A DNA stretch of 64,000 nucleotides from Myxococcota bacterium (lineage in GTDB: Bacteria; Myxococcota_A; UBA9160; UBA6930): contig OZ245002.1 in assembly GCA_965223415.1 (NCBI GenBank), positions 3,200,001 to 3,264,000 of the forward strand, written 5' to 3'. Below, in pieces: positions 55,508 to 64,000 of this stretch (its first letter is position 1; every line of letters starts with the position of its first letter). The notes beneath the pieces were generated by a model. The model searched no databases. It was not told the DNA's origin and saw only the letters and a program-made list of their open reading frames with translations. The translations under genes were made by a program, and so were the position numbers.

Positions 55508-57214
55508 ATGGATCCCGCCCTCGAGAACGCCTGGAAGCAGCTGACCGCGCCCGGCGCGCCCTTCGCCTGGTCCGTCCAGGAGATCCGTGGCGTGCCCACC
55601 CGGACCTACGATGCCGCGCCGCCGACCCTGCGCGCGATCTGGGAGGCGTCGGCAGGCCACGGCGATGCGGACTACCTGATCTTCGGAGAGGAGCGCATCA
55701 CCTACGCCGACGCCCATCGCAAGGTGGCGTCGCTGGCGGCCTACCTGGCGAGCCGGGGCGTCGGCAAGGGCGACCGGGTGGCGATCGCCATGCGCAACTA
55801 CCCCGAGTGGGCGCTCTCCTACTGGGCCATCGTCTCCCTGGGCGCTGCCGTGGTGGGCATGAACGCCTGGTGGACCGGGCCCGAGATGGAGTACGGGCTG
55901 CTGGACTCGGCGCCCAAGCTGCTGATCGCCGACGAGCAGCGCCTGGAAACCGTGGCTCCCCACCTGCCGGCCGTCCGCGAGAAGGGGCCCCTCGAGCTGG
56001 TAGCGGTTCGCAGCGCCGATCCCGCTGCCCTCGGCGCGGTCGATTGGGACGAGGCCCTGGCCGCGCCCGCCGAGGGCCTGCCGGCGGTGGCGCTCGAGCC
56101 CGAGGACGACGTGTGCATCTTCTACACCTCGGGGACGACCGGCTTCCCGAAGGGCGCCGCGATGACCCACCGGGGCGCGGTGAGCAACCTGCTCAACCTG
56201 GCGTTCTGGGGAACGGCCGTCGGTCTGGCCAAGCCGAGCAAGAGGGCGGAGGACGCTCCCGCGCCGGAGCGGGCGAAGCGCCAGGCGACCACGCTGCTGG
56301 CCGTTCCCTTCTTCCACGTGACCGGCTGCAACTGCTGCCTGCATCCCGTGACGGCCACCGGCGGCCGGATCCTGCTCTTGTACAAGTGGAACGCTGACGA
56401 GGCCCTGGAGATCATCGAGCGCGAGAAGGTCGACACCTTCACCGGCGTCCCGATGATGTCCCGGGAGCTGGTCGAGCACCCGGACTTCGCCGGGCGGGAC
56501 ACGTCGAGCCTGGCTTCGCTCGGAGGTGGCGGCGCGGCGGTGCAGCCGGATCTGGTCGATCAGATCGAGAGCAAGCTCGAGCGCGGCCGGCCTGGCACCG
56601 GCTACGGCCTCACCGAGACCTGTGGCGTCATCTCGATGAACTCCGGCGACTTCTTCGTCGGCAAGCCCGACACCGTCGGGCCACCGCTGCCGGTGGTGGA
56701 GGCGAAGGTCGTCGACGAGCGCGGCCGCGAGCTACCGAGCGGAGAGGTCGGCGAGCTCCTGGTGCGCGGGCCGAACAACGTGCGGGGCTACTTGAACAGA
56801 CCCGAGGCCACCGCCGAGGCGTTCCCCGAAGGCTGGTTCCGCACCGGCGACCTGGCGGCCCTCGACGGCGACGGCTTCATCTCGATCCGCGACCGCGCCA
56901 AGGACATGGTGCTGCGCGGCGGCGAGAACATCTACTGCGCCGAGGTGGAGGCCGCTCTCTTCGACCACCCGGCCGTGAAGGAGTGCGCCGTCTTCGCCGT
57001 CCCCGACCGGCGCTTCGGCGAAGTGCCCGGGGCCGCCGTCGTCTGCCACCCCGGCGCCAGCGTCACCGAAGACGAGCTCCGCGCCCACGCCGGCGACCGC
57101 ATCGCCGGCTTCAAGGTACCCGCCCGCTTCTGGTTCCTGGACGAGGACCTCCCGCGCAACGCCAACGGCAAGTTCGTGAAGCGCACCCTCAAGGACCAGC
57201 TCCTCGGAGAGTGA
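55508..57214 (+). CDS. Long-chain acyl-CoA ligase (class I adenylate-forming enzyme)
   Basis: YTSGTTGFPKG, GYGLTET, GWFRTGD, RGGENIY and LPRNANGK motifs. Confidence 0.93.
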   Translation: MDPALENAWKQLTAPGAPFAWSVQEIRGVPTRTYDAAPPTLRAIWEASAGHGDADYLIFGEERITYADAHRKVASLAAYLASRGVGKGDRVAIAMRNYPEWALSYWAIVSLGAAVVGMNAWWTGPEMEYGLLDSAPKLLIADEQRLETVAPHLPAVREKGPLELVAVRSADPAALGAVDWDEALAAPAEGLPAVALEPEDDVCIFYTSGTTGFPKGAAMTHRGAVSNLLNLAFWGTAVGLAKPSKRAEDAPAPERAKRQATTLLAVPFFHVTGCNCCLHPVTATGGRILLLYKWNADEALEIIEREKVDTFTGVPMMSRELVEHPDFAGRDTSSLASLGGGGAAVQPDLVDQIESKLERGRPGTGYGLTETCGVISMNSGDFFVGKPDTVGPPLPVVEAKVVDERGRELPSGEVGELLVRGPNNVRGYLNRPEATAEAFPEGWFRTGDLAALDGDGFISIRDRAKDMVLRGGENIYCAEVEAALFDHPAVKECAVFAVPDRRFGEVPGAAVVCHPGASVTEDELRAHAGDRIAGFKVPARFWFLDEDLPRNANGKFVKRTLKDQLLGE

Positions 57215-57246
57215 CCGCATCGTGCCCAAGGTCCGGGATCCCCTAG

Positions 57247-58516
57247 CAGGCTGCTGAAATTCGGCGCTGAGAGGCGCCAGAACGCCAGAGGGCGCGGGTC
57301 CCCGCGGCCCGCTCGGCTCGCTCTTCGATCCCGGAAGTGATCCGGGGTACCTCGTCTCGATGCAGGTGCGTCATGTGACCTCTACGAGGTTGCGTATGCG
57401 GACCAGGTTGTAGACCGCCGCCGTGAAGACGAACATCCACCCGACCCGATCCGTGCCCCGGTGACGCGTCTTTCGCATTCCCCCGACCGTCTTCATCCAA
57501 CCGAAGCACTCCTCGATCCGCTTGCGTTTGTGCTGGCTGATCGCGTAGCCCTCGTGACGGACCGTGCGACCGTCGATCCGGCTGGCCCGATTCGTCGTGT
57601 GCTGCGCCACGTGCGGCGTGATGTTGCGCTTCCGGCAGCCCGCCACGAACTCCTCGGTGTCGTAGCCCTTGTCCCCGCCCAGCGTGATCCGGCGCCTTCC
57701 CGCCACGTCCTCCGCCATCTCCAGCGCTGCCAGCCGCTCGGCGTAGCCATCGGCCTCCGTCAGCAGCGCCGAGACGATCAGGCCGTTGCGGTTCTCCGTC
57801 AGCAGATGGCCCATGTAGGCCAGCTGCGAGGTCTGGCCCTTCTTGCGCGCCAGCCGCGCCTCGGGATCCGTCGTCGATTCGTGCGTCGCGTTGCTCCGCC
57901 GCTCTCCCCGAAAGTTCACCGTCGGGTTGCCCGGATCGTCGTCTCCGTCGTCCCCCGAGCCGTCCTTCGCCCGGAAGCTCTTCTGGCTCGCCCACGCCTC
58001 GATCAGCGTGCCATCCACCGTGAAGTGCTCCGACGACAGAAGGCCGTGGTCCTTTCCCTGCGCCAGCACCGCCTCAAAGAACGCCTCCGCCACGTCCCCT
58101 TCCAGCAGCCGGTCCCGGTTCTTCGTGAAGACCGTCGGGACCCAGACCGCATCCTCCATCCCCAGCCCTACGAACCAACGGAACAGCAGGTTGTACTCGA
58201 GCTGCTCCATCAGCTGGCGCTCACTCCGGATCGAGTAGAGCACCTGCAGCAACAGAGCCCGCAGCAGCCGCTCCGGTGGGATCGACGGCCGGCCCGTCGA
58301 CGCGTAGAGCTCCGAGAACCGCCGAGACAGGCCCCTCAGCGCCTCGTCCACCATCGCCCGCATGGGGCGAAGCGGATGATCCTCCGGAATCCGCGTCTCC
58401 AGCGAGACGTAGCTGAACATCGAACCCTGCTCTCGGTCGCTGCCGCGCATCCTCTCTCCCCCCGACCCATCTTCTACCATCGAGAACACGGAAACGCAGG
58501 GTTTTTCAGCAGCCTG
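57247..58516 (-). mobile_element. IS5 family insertion sequence (1270 bp)
   Basis: 13-bp perfect terminal IRs CAGGCTGCTGAAA/TTTCAGCAGCCTG; CTAG target duplication at 57243-57246 and 58517-58520. Confidence 0.93.
57371..58450 (-). CDS. IS5 family DDE transposase
   Basis: GRPSIPPE, FRWFVG, TVDGTLI, GDKGYD and RKRIEECFGWMK motifs. Confidence 0.95.
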   Translation of the reverse strand: MRGSDREQGSMFSYVSLETRIPEDHPLRPMRAMVDEALRGLSRRFSELYASTGRPSIPPERLLRALLLQVLYSIRSERQLMEQLEYNLLFRWFVGLGMEDAVWVPTVFTKNRDRLLEGDVAEAFFEAVLAQGKDHGLLSSEHFTVDGTLIEAWASQKSFRAKDGSGDDGDDDPGNPTVNFRGERRSNATHESTTDPEARLARKKGQTSQLAYMGHLLTENRNGLIVSALLTEADGYAERLAALEMAEDVAGRRRITLGGDKGYDTEEFVAGCRKRNITPHVAQHTTNRASRIDGRTVRHEGYAISQHKRKRIEECFGWMKTVGGMRKTRHRGTDRVGWMFVFTAAVYNLVRIRNLVEVT

Positions 58517-58867
58517 CTAGGCAAGCTGCGCAAGATCGTGAGCCGGTGGCCGGAGGTCACCGAGAAGCTCTCCCATGGGGCGCCGACCTTCTGGGGCGGC
58601 AAGAAGACCTTCTGCAACTTCCACGTCGACCATCACGGCGACGGGCGCGTCGCGATCTGGGTGAAGTCGGACCGGGGCACCCAGGAGGGCCTCGTGGAGG
58701 CCAAACCCGAGATCTTCTTCGTCCCGCCCTACGTCGGCCCGAGTGGCTGGGTCGGCATCCGCGTCGACGTCGACGTGGACTGGGGGATGATCGAGGCGAT
58801 CCTCGAGCACGCCTACCGGAGCGTCGCGCCGAAGCGCGCGCGGAAGCTCCTCGACGGGGAGTGAAGA

Positions 58868-60958
58868 TCAGGCGGGCTCTACCTCGACCGGGATCCCCGT
58901 CATGAAGGCCTGGTTGCTCAGGGGCTCGTAGCTCCCGGGCCCGAAGGGCAGCAATCGGTTCGCGTTGACGCCGGGATGCCGCTCGGCCACCGCCATGCCG
59001 GGCGTCGCCGCGTTGCCCCAGCCGTGGGTCAGGGCCACGACGCCGGGCCGCAGCGTCTCGTCCCGATGCACGGCCGTCTCGACGCTCCCCCACGCGCTCC
59101 GGCAGCGCACCCGGTCGCCCTCGGCGAGCCCCCGCGCCTCTGCGTCGCCCGGGTGCATGTGCAGGGGGTTCTCCCGACGGCCGGGCCGCTTCAGCTTCTC
59201 GACGTTGTGGTACCAGCTGTTGTGCATGTGGGGCGTGCGCAGGCTGATCAGCTTGAGGGCGCCGGCGTCCTCCGCCCCGAGCTCTGCGAAGATCACCGCG
59301 CACCGGTCCAGGGCGCCTTCGTCGGCGAAGAGCGTCGGGCAGCAGTCGACGCGGCGATCGTCAGTCTGGATCCACTCGGTGAAGAAGCGCCCCGGGCGGA
59401 GCGGCTCAAACACCACACCACCCGGCGTGGCTCGCACCTCCTCGAAATCGATCCCGCGCGTGCGCATCATGTGGGCGATGCGGCCCGTCAGCTCCGGCTC
59501 AGGGCCGGTGTCGAGCACGCTCTTCAGGCCGAGGGCCTGCTCGAGCCTGCCCAGGATCCACCACTCGGGCCGGCGCTCGTGGCGCGGCGGCACGACCGGG
59601 TCGCTCCACTGCACGTACGGTCGCGCCTGCATGCCGAGGCCGGTCAGGTTCACGTCGGCGCGCTCGAAGGCATCAGTGCAGGGCAGCACCCAGTCCGCGA
59701 GCTCGCCGGTGGCGTTTCGATAGAGGTCGAGGGAGACGACCAGGTCGAGCCCCTCGATCGCCTCCCGCATCGCTGCCTCCCCGCCGACCGTGAGCACCGG
59801 GTTGCCCGCGATCACGAACAGCGCGCGAACCCCTCGGTGAAGCTCGTCGGCCATGAGGTTCCCCGGGAGACTGCCGCGGATGCGGCGCATACGGCCGTGG
59901 GGTCCGTCGAAGAAGTGCTTGCCGGGCCTGGTGCGGCCCGCCTTGGTGGCTGCGTAGAAGCCCAGGGAGTAGAGGCTGCCTCCCTCCCGGTCGAGGTTGC
60001 CGGTGACGAAGGAGAGCATCTGCAGGAGCCAGTAGGCGAGGGTGCCCTGCCGACCCATGTTGACGCCGGTCGACATGTGCACCGCCGCCCGCGATGCCGT
60101 GGCGAATTCCCGGCCGAGGGCGCGGATCCTCTCGGCCGGGAGCCCGACCACCTCGGCCACTCGTTCCGCCGGGTAGCCCGCCACGAAGGCCCGCAGCTCC
60201 GCCACCCGCGCCCCGTGCTCCGCGAGCGCCTCGGCATCCTCGTGCCCCTCGCGGAAGATCGTCTCGAGCAGGGCCGCCATCAGGTAGACGTCCGTGTCCG
60301 GGCGGATCTGCACGACTTCGCCGGTGCCCGCGTCCGGTTCCTCGATGCGGCGGGGGTTCACGTATCGCACCACCGCGCCGCGCGCGACGGCGCGCTTGAT
60401 GGCGCCCATCGGGTCGGGGATCGACAGGAAGCTCATGTGGGAGACGCGGGGGTTCTCTCCGAACAGGAGCAGGTGGTCCGTGTGCTCGATGTCGGGGACC
60501 GGATGGCAGGTGCCGGTACCGAACACGGCCTCGCTGCTCGCGAACTTGTTCGCGCAGTCCTGGGTGCCCGACCCGAAGGTCCGCCGCAGCCCGAGCTGGC
60601 CGAAGAAGGAGCCGATCGCTGGCCCCGCGAAGGTGTTGAAGGCGGTCGGGTTGCCGACGTAAGCGGCGATGGCGTCGGGCCCGTCTTCGTCGAGGATCCC
60701 CCGCAGCCGCTCCGCCATGTCGGCGATCGCCTCGTCCCAGCCGGCGTCGACGAATCCGCCCATCTCACGGCGTTGGGGGCGGTCGACCCGGTCCGGATCC
60801 CGGTGGATGTCGAGGGCCGCGATGCCCTTGTGGCAGGCGAAACCGCGGGAGACCGGGTGCTCCCGGTCCGGCCGGAGGCCCGCGATCTCGCCGCCCTCTA
60901 CCCGGGCGACCAGGCCGCAGGCGGGCTCGCAGACGCGACAGAAGGTGGGGACGTCCAT
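58868..60958 (-). CDS. Molybdopterin-dependent oxidoreductase
   Basis: CRVCEPAC...CHKG Fe-S motif, GENPRVSH, NATGELAD, HNSW and HPGDAEARGL motifs. Confidence 0.92.
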   Translation of the reverse strand: MDVPTFCRVCEPACGLVARVEGGEIAGLRPDREHPVSRGFACHKGIAALDIHRDPDRVDRPQRREMGGFVDAGWDEAIADMAERLRGILDEDGPDAIAAYVGNPTAFNTFAGPAIGSFFGQLGLRRTFGSGTQDCANKFASSEAVFGTGTCHPVPDIEHTDHLLLFGENPRVSHMSFLSIPDPMGAIKRAVARGAVVRYVNPRRIEEPDAGTGEVVQIRPDTDVYLMAALLETIFREGHEDAEALAEHGARVAELRAFVAGYPAERVAEVVGLPAERIRALGREFATASRAAVHMSTGVNMGRQGTLAYWLLQMLSFVTGNLDREGGSLYSLGFYAATKAGRTRPGKHFFDGPHGRMRRIRGSLPGNLMADELHRGVRALFVIAGNPVLTVGGEAAMREAIEGLDLVVSLDLYRNATGELADWVLPCTDAFERADVNLTGLGMQARPYVQWSDPVVPPRHERRPEWWILGRLEQALGLKSVLDTGPEPELTGRIAHMMRTRGIDFEEVRATPGGVVFEPLRPGRFFTEWIQTDDRRVDCCPTLFADEGALDRCAVIFAELGAEDAGALKLISLRTPHMHNSWYHNVEKLKRPGRRENPLHMHPGDAEARGLAEGDRVRCRSAWGSVETAVHRDETLRPGVVALTHGWGNAATPGMAVAERHPGVNANRLLPFGPGSYEPLSNQAFMTGIPVEVEPA

Positions 60959-61045
60959 GGCGGCACGGTAGCGCGGCCCGGGGCCTGGAATGCGGGCCGA
61001 CGTCGCCGATTCCGACCAAGGCTCCGAAGCGGCGACGGGCGGGAG

Positions 61046-61984
61046 CTAGTCGCTCCGCGCGAAAGCCGCGATGTCTTCCGCCACGGCCTCGGCCTGCAGC
61101 ACCGGCAGCATGTGACTCCCGCCGGGGTACACCTTCAGCGTCGCGTCCGGGATCACGCCCGACAGGTACTCGGCGATCGCAATCGGGGCGAGGCGGTCGT
61201 CGTCGCCGTGGAGGAGGAGGGTGGGGCGGGCGACCTGGTCCGCGGGAAAGCCGCCGTCGCCGGAGATGGAGAACATCTCCCCGCGGTAGGCCAGGAGCGT
61301 TTCGTGGCGGCTGAGGTTGGCGACGACGGTGGGAATCCACCAGTCGGGCTGCGGCTTGCTGCTGAAGGCTGCATCGCTGATCGCGGAGATCAGGCCGCGG
61401 CCGACGGCGGGGACGCGGGCCCGCCAGGCGAGCACCGGATCCGAGTAGAGGAAGCGCATGAAGGCGCCGGGGTCCAGGGGCTCCGCGTCGGCGGAGTCGG
61501 GCCCGCCGGTTCCCACGAGGACGATGCGTCCGATACGCGAGGCGTCCTCCGCCGCCGCGAGGATCGAGAGCACGCCGCCGTAGGACCAGCCGACGAGGGT
61601 GGCGTCCCGCAGGTCCAGGGCCGCGAGCAGCCCGAGCAGCTCCACGGTGTTCGCCTCGACCGAGGCCTCGCTCGGGTCCGGCCTCGGGTCCGAGCGCCCG
61701 TAGCCGACCCGGTCGTAGGCGAGGGCGCGGAAGCCGCGGGCCGCGAGGGCGGCGCTCGTGTTCTGCCAGTCGTAGCCGGTGCCGGGCAGGCCGTGGACCA
61801 GGACCAGCGGCGGTCCGCTGCCTTCCTCGAGCAGGTTCACGGCGAGGCCGTTCGCCACCACGACCCGGCGGCCCGGGGCGGGCAGCCTCGGGGGCGCCTC
61901 CGAGGAGAGGCCCGAGCACAGCGGGGGGACGACGACGGCGCCAAGGACCAGCAACGCGAGGACGAGGAGAAGGCGGCGAAGCAT
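61046..61984 (-). CDS. Alpha/beta hydrolase
   Basis: LVHGLPG, DRVGYGRS, GWSYGG nucleophile elbow, HGDDD and GSH motifs. Confidence 0.9.
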   Translation of the reverse strand: MLRRLLLVLALLVLGAVVVPPLCSGLSSEAPPRLPAPGRRVVVANGLAVNLLEEGSGPPLVLVHGLPGTGYDWQNTSAALAARGFRALAYDRVGYGRSDPRPDPSEASVEANTVELLGLLAALDLRDATLVGWSYGGVLSILAAAEDASRIGRIVLVGTGGPDSADAEPLDPGAFMRFLYSDPVLAWRARVPAVGRGLISAISDAAFSSKPQPDWWIPTVVANLSRHETLLAYRGEMFSISGDGGFPADQVARPTLLLHGDDDRLAPIAIAEYLSGVIPDATLKVYPGGSHMLPVLQAEAVAEDIAAFARSD

Positions 61985-62024
61985 GGGAAGACGGTACCAT
62001 GCGGTCCCACGCCGAGGAGCCGCC

Positions 62025-63251
62025 ATGAGCACGAGCCCGTCCCCCGACCACGAGCCCCGCATCACCCCCCTCATCACCGATTGGGTGATCGACGTCGATA
62101 CCCACATCACCGAGCCCGGTGACCTGTGGACGAGTCGGCTTCCCGCCAAGTTCAAGGACCGGGCGCCGCGCATCGTGCGCGATCCCGAGACCGGCGTCGA
62201 GACCTGGCGCATCGGCGACAGCTCGGCCTTCATCCCCGTCGGCTTCACCGCCGTCGCGGGCTGGCCCGAGCCCTTCCCCGCGGCGCCGAAGAACATGGAC
62301 GAGGTGCCGAAGGCCGCCTATGACGCGAGCGCGCGCCTCGAGTACATGGACCGCGTCGGCATCTGGGCGATGGCCATCTATCCGAACGTCGGCGGCTTCG
62401 GCAGCCAGGCCTTCCTCGACCTGAAGGACCCGGAGCTGATGCTGGCGTGCGTGCGCGCCTACAACGACTTCCTCATCGACTGGATCTCGCCGGACCCGCG
62501 TCGCTTCATCCCCATCCTGGCGACACCGTTCTGGGACGTGGCGGCCTCCGTCGCCGAGATCGAGCGGGCCGCGAAGATCGGCCACAAGGGCGTGCTCTTC
62601 AGCGGCACACCCCAGAGCCACGGCATGCCGATCCTCGCGAGCCGTCACTGGGATCCGATCTGGGAGGCGGCGAACGCCTGCGACCTCCCTGTGAGCTTCC
62701 ACATCGGCACCGGCACCTTCGACGACGGCTTCACGCCGGAGCGAATCGGGACGACCGGCGCCGGCTGCACCAACGGCTTCACCGCCATCTCCCTCTTCCT
62801 CGACAACGGCAAGCAGCTCACGGATCTGCTCTTCTCGGGCGTCCTCCCGCGCTACCCGGATCTCAAGTTCCTCTCCGTGGAGTCCGGCATCGGCTTCATC
62901 CCCTTCATCCTCGAGGCTGCCGACTACACCTTCGAGTACGGCCAGGTTCGCAGGGAGCATCCCGAGTTCGAGCTCAAGCCGAGCGAGTACTTCGCCCGCC
63001 AGGTGTACGGCTGCTACATCTTCGAGGAGCACGCGCCGCGGGAGCTCCTGGACTCGATCGGTGCGGACAACGTGCTCTTCGAGACCGACTATCCGCACCC
63101 GGTCTGCCTCTACGGCAACGTGCGCGAGAAGATCGACGGGGGGCTGGGCAGCGTTTCGGAAGAGGCGCGCCGCAAGGTCCTCTTCGAGAACGCGGCGAAG
63201 CTCTACGGGATCGAGGAGCCCGACGTGCCGGCGCCGGCGCCGGTGGGCTGA
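62025..63251 (+). CDS. Amidohydrolase_2 family protein
   Basis: IDVDTHITEP, AYNDF, VSFHIG, VESGIG and FETDYPHP motifs. Confidence 0.92.
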   Translation: MSTSPSPDHEPRITPLITDWVIDVDTHITEPGDLWTSRLPAKFKDRAPRIVRDPETGVETWRIGDSSAFIPVGFTAVAGWPEPFPAAPKNMDEVPKAAYDASARLEYMDRVGIWAMAIYPNVGGFGSQAFLDLKDPELMLACVRAYNDFLIDWISPDPRRFIPILATPFWDVAASVAEIERAAKIGHKGVLFSGTPQSHGMPILASRHWDPIWEAANACDLPVSFHIGTGTFDDGFTPERIGTTGAGCTNGFTAISLFLDNGKQLTDLLFSGVLPRYPDLKFLSVESGIGFIPFILEAADYTFEYGQVRREHPEFELKPSEYFARQVYGCYIFEEHAPRELLDSIGADNVLFETDYPHPVCLYGNVREKIDGGLGSVSEEARRKVLFENAAKLYGIEEPDVPAPAPVG

Positions 63252-63258
63252 GGGCGCC

Positions 63259-64000
63259 ATGAGCGGAGCGCAGACCGAGAGCCGCAAGGCCTTCCGCGAG
63301 CTGCTGGGTCTTCTCTCGGAGCTGGACGAGCGCTGGGCCGGGCCCGAATGGAATCTCCAGAGCGAGAGCGACGTGGTAGGCGCCCATCGAGCCGTCATGC
63401 ACATGCTGGAGGGGGGCCTGGTCACCTTCTTCGAGCACGAGCCGGAGCATCCCCGCTTCCGGCGGATCGTATCGCCCACGCGCAAGTTCACGGGCGACAA
63501 CCCGGACGCGATCTACTGGGACGCGCCGATCCGCGACGACCTCGCCTATCGGGTGCGCGGACGGATGGACGGGGCCGTCTACGTCTCCTTCACGATCGAG
63601 GTGGACACCCACGACGGAGCCATGGCTCAGAAGACCGGGGGGGTGCTCAACGACACCCAGTTCGACGTCGCGGAGGACGGCAGCTTCGAGGTCTTCTTCG
63701 GAGGCCCGCCCCGGGAGCGGAACTGGCTGGCGCTGGATCCGGGGGCGTCGCGCATCACCACTCGCCACTACTACGAGAACGAGACCGCGGCGGCCGCTGA
63801 TCCGCGGCGGCACCCGGCCCTCGAGATCGAGCCCCTCGAGCCGGCTCCGCCGCCCGCGGCGCCGGGCGACGCCAGTGTCGCGGCCGGCATCCGGCGCGTC
63901 CTCGCATTCGTGCGCAGCCGCACCCTCGACCAGCGCCCGATGAGCGAAAGCGGCCAGCCGCCCTTCGTGTCGATCGTTCCGAACACCTTCCCCGAGCCCG
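63259..64000 (+). CDS. DUF1214-like protein (partial, runs off window)
   Basis: Manual translation MSGAQTESRKAFRELL...RKFTGDNPDAIY...YRVRG...YVSFT...DGSFEV...TRHYY. Confidence 0.75.
   Translation, partial: MSGAQTESRKAFRELLGLLSELDERWAGPEWNLQSESDVVGAHRAVMHMLEGGLVTFFEHEPEHPRFRRIVSPTRKFTGDNPDAIYWDAPIRDDLAYRVRGRMDGAVYVSFTIEVDTHDGAMAQKTGGVLNDTQFDVAEDGSFEVFFGGPPRERNWLALDPGASRITTRHYYENETAAAADPRRHPALEIEPLEPAPPPAAPGDASVAAGIRRVLAFVRSRTLDQRPMSESGQPPFVSIVPNTFPEP

Larger units (their letters stand above)
57222..58864 (+). pseudogene. MmcQ/YjbR family DNA-binding protein interrupted by IS5
   Basis: Removing the IS and one CTAG gives MPKVRDPLGKLRKIVSRWPEVTEKLSHGAPTFW...FFVPPYVGPSGWVG...AYRSVAPKR. Confidence 0.85.

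Overview
High-GC (roughly 70% by eye) bacterial chromosomal window, densely coding, with about 57 genes. Outer-membrane and periplasmic genes (DUF1302-like, LolA-like, alginate-export-like) indicate a diderm. Possible sigma54 promoters and a myxobacteria-type hypothetical make Myxococcota/Deltaproteobacteria a tentative guess. Main blocks: (1) 1-21 kb, a TetR-controlled hydrophobic-substrate uptake and catabolism region (SDRs, old-yellow-enzyme oxidoreductase, TauD, MMPL/RND + LolA-like + DUF1302-like trio, two paralogous secreted unknowns, P450, amidohydrolase, acyl-CoA dehydrogenase pair) with visible operator palindromes; (2) GTP-PEPCK; (3) two duplicated membrane-anchored LuxR regulators around two GT4 glycosyltransferases, plus a Cys-rich secreted protein and an alginate-export porin; (4) ThuA/GMC/Tat glycoside-oxidation genes; (5) a REP-associated tyrosine transposase (RAYT) flanked by inverted 30-bp REP-like elements, with a related REP doublet about 11 kb away; (6) a CLC/Hsp20/USP/CBS/AAA_33/LOG stress block; (7) mscL, a HAD-PlsC/gpsA/acyl-CoA ligase lipid operon, a complete IS5 that splits an MmcQ/YjbR gene, a molybdopterin oxidoreductase, an amidohydrolase and a DUF1214-like gene. 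Many genes look leaderless. Several 1-bp frameshifts may be sequencing artefacts. No rRNA, tRNA or CRISPR array was seen. Family assignments come from motif recognition only; no searches were run.
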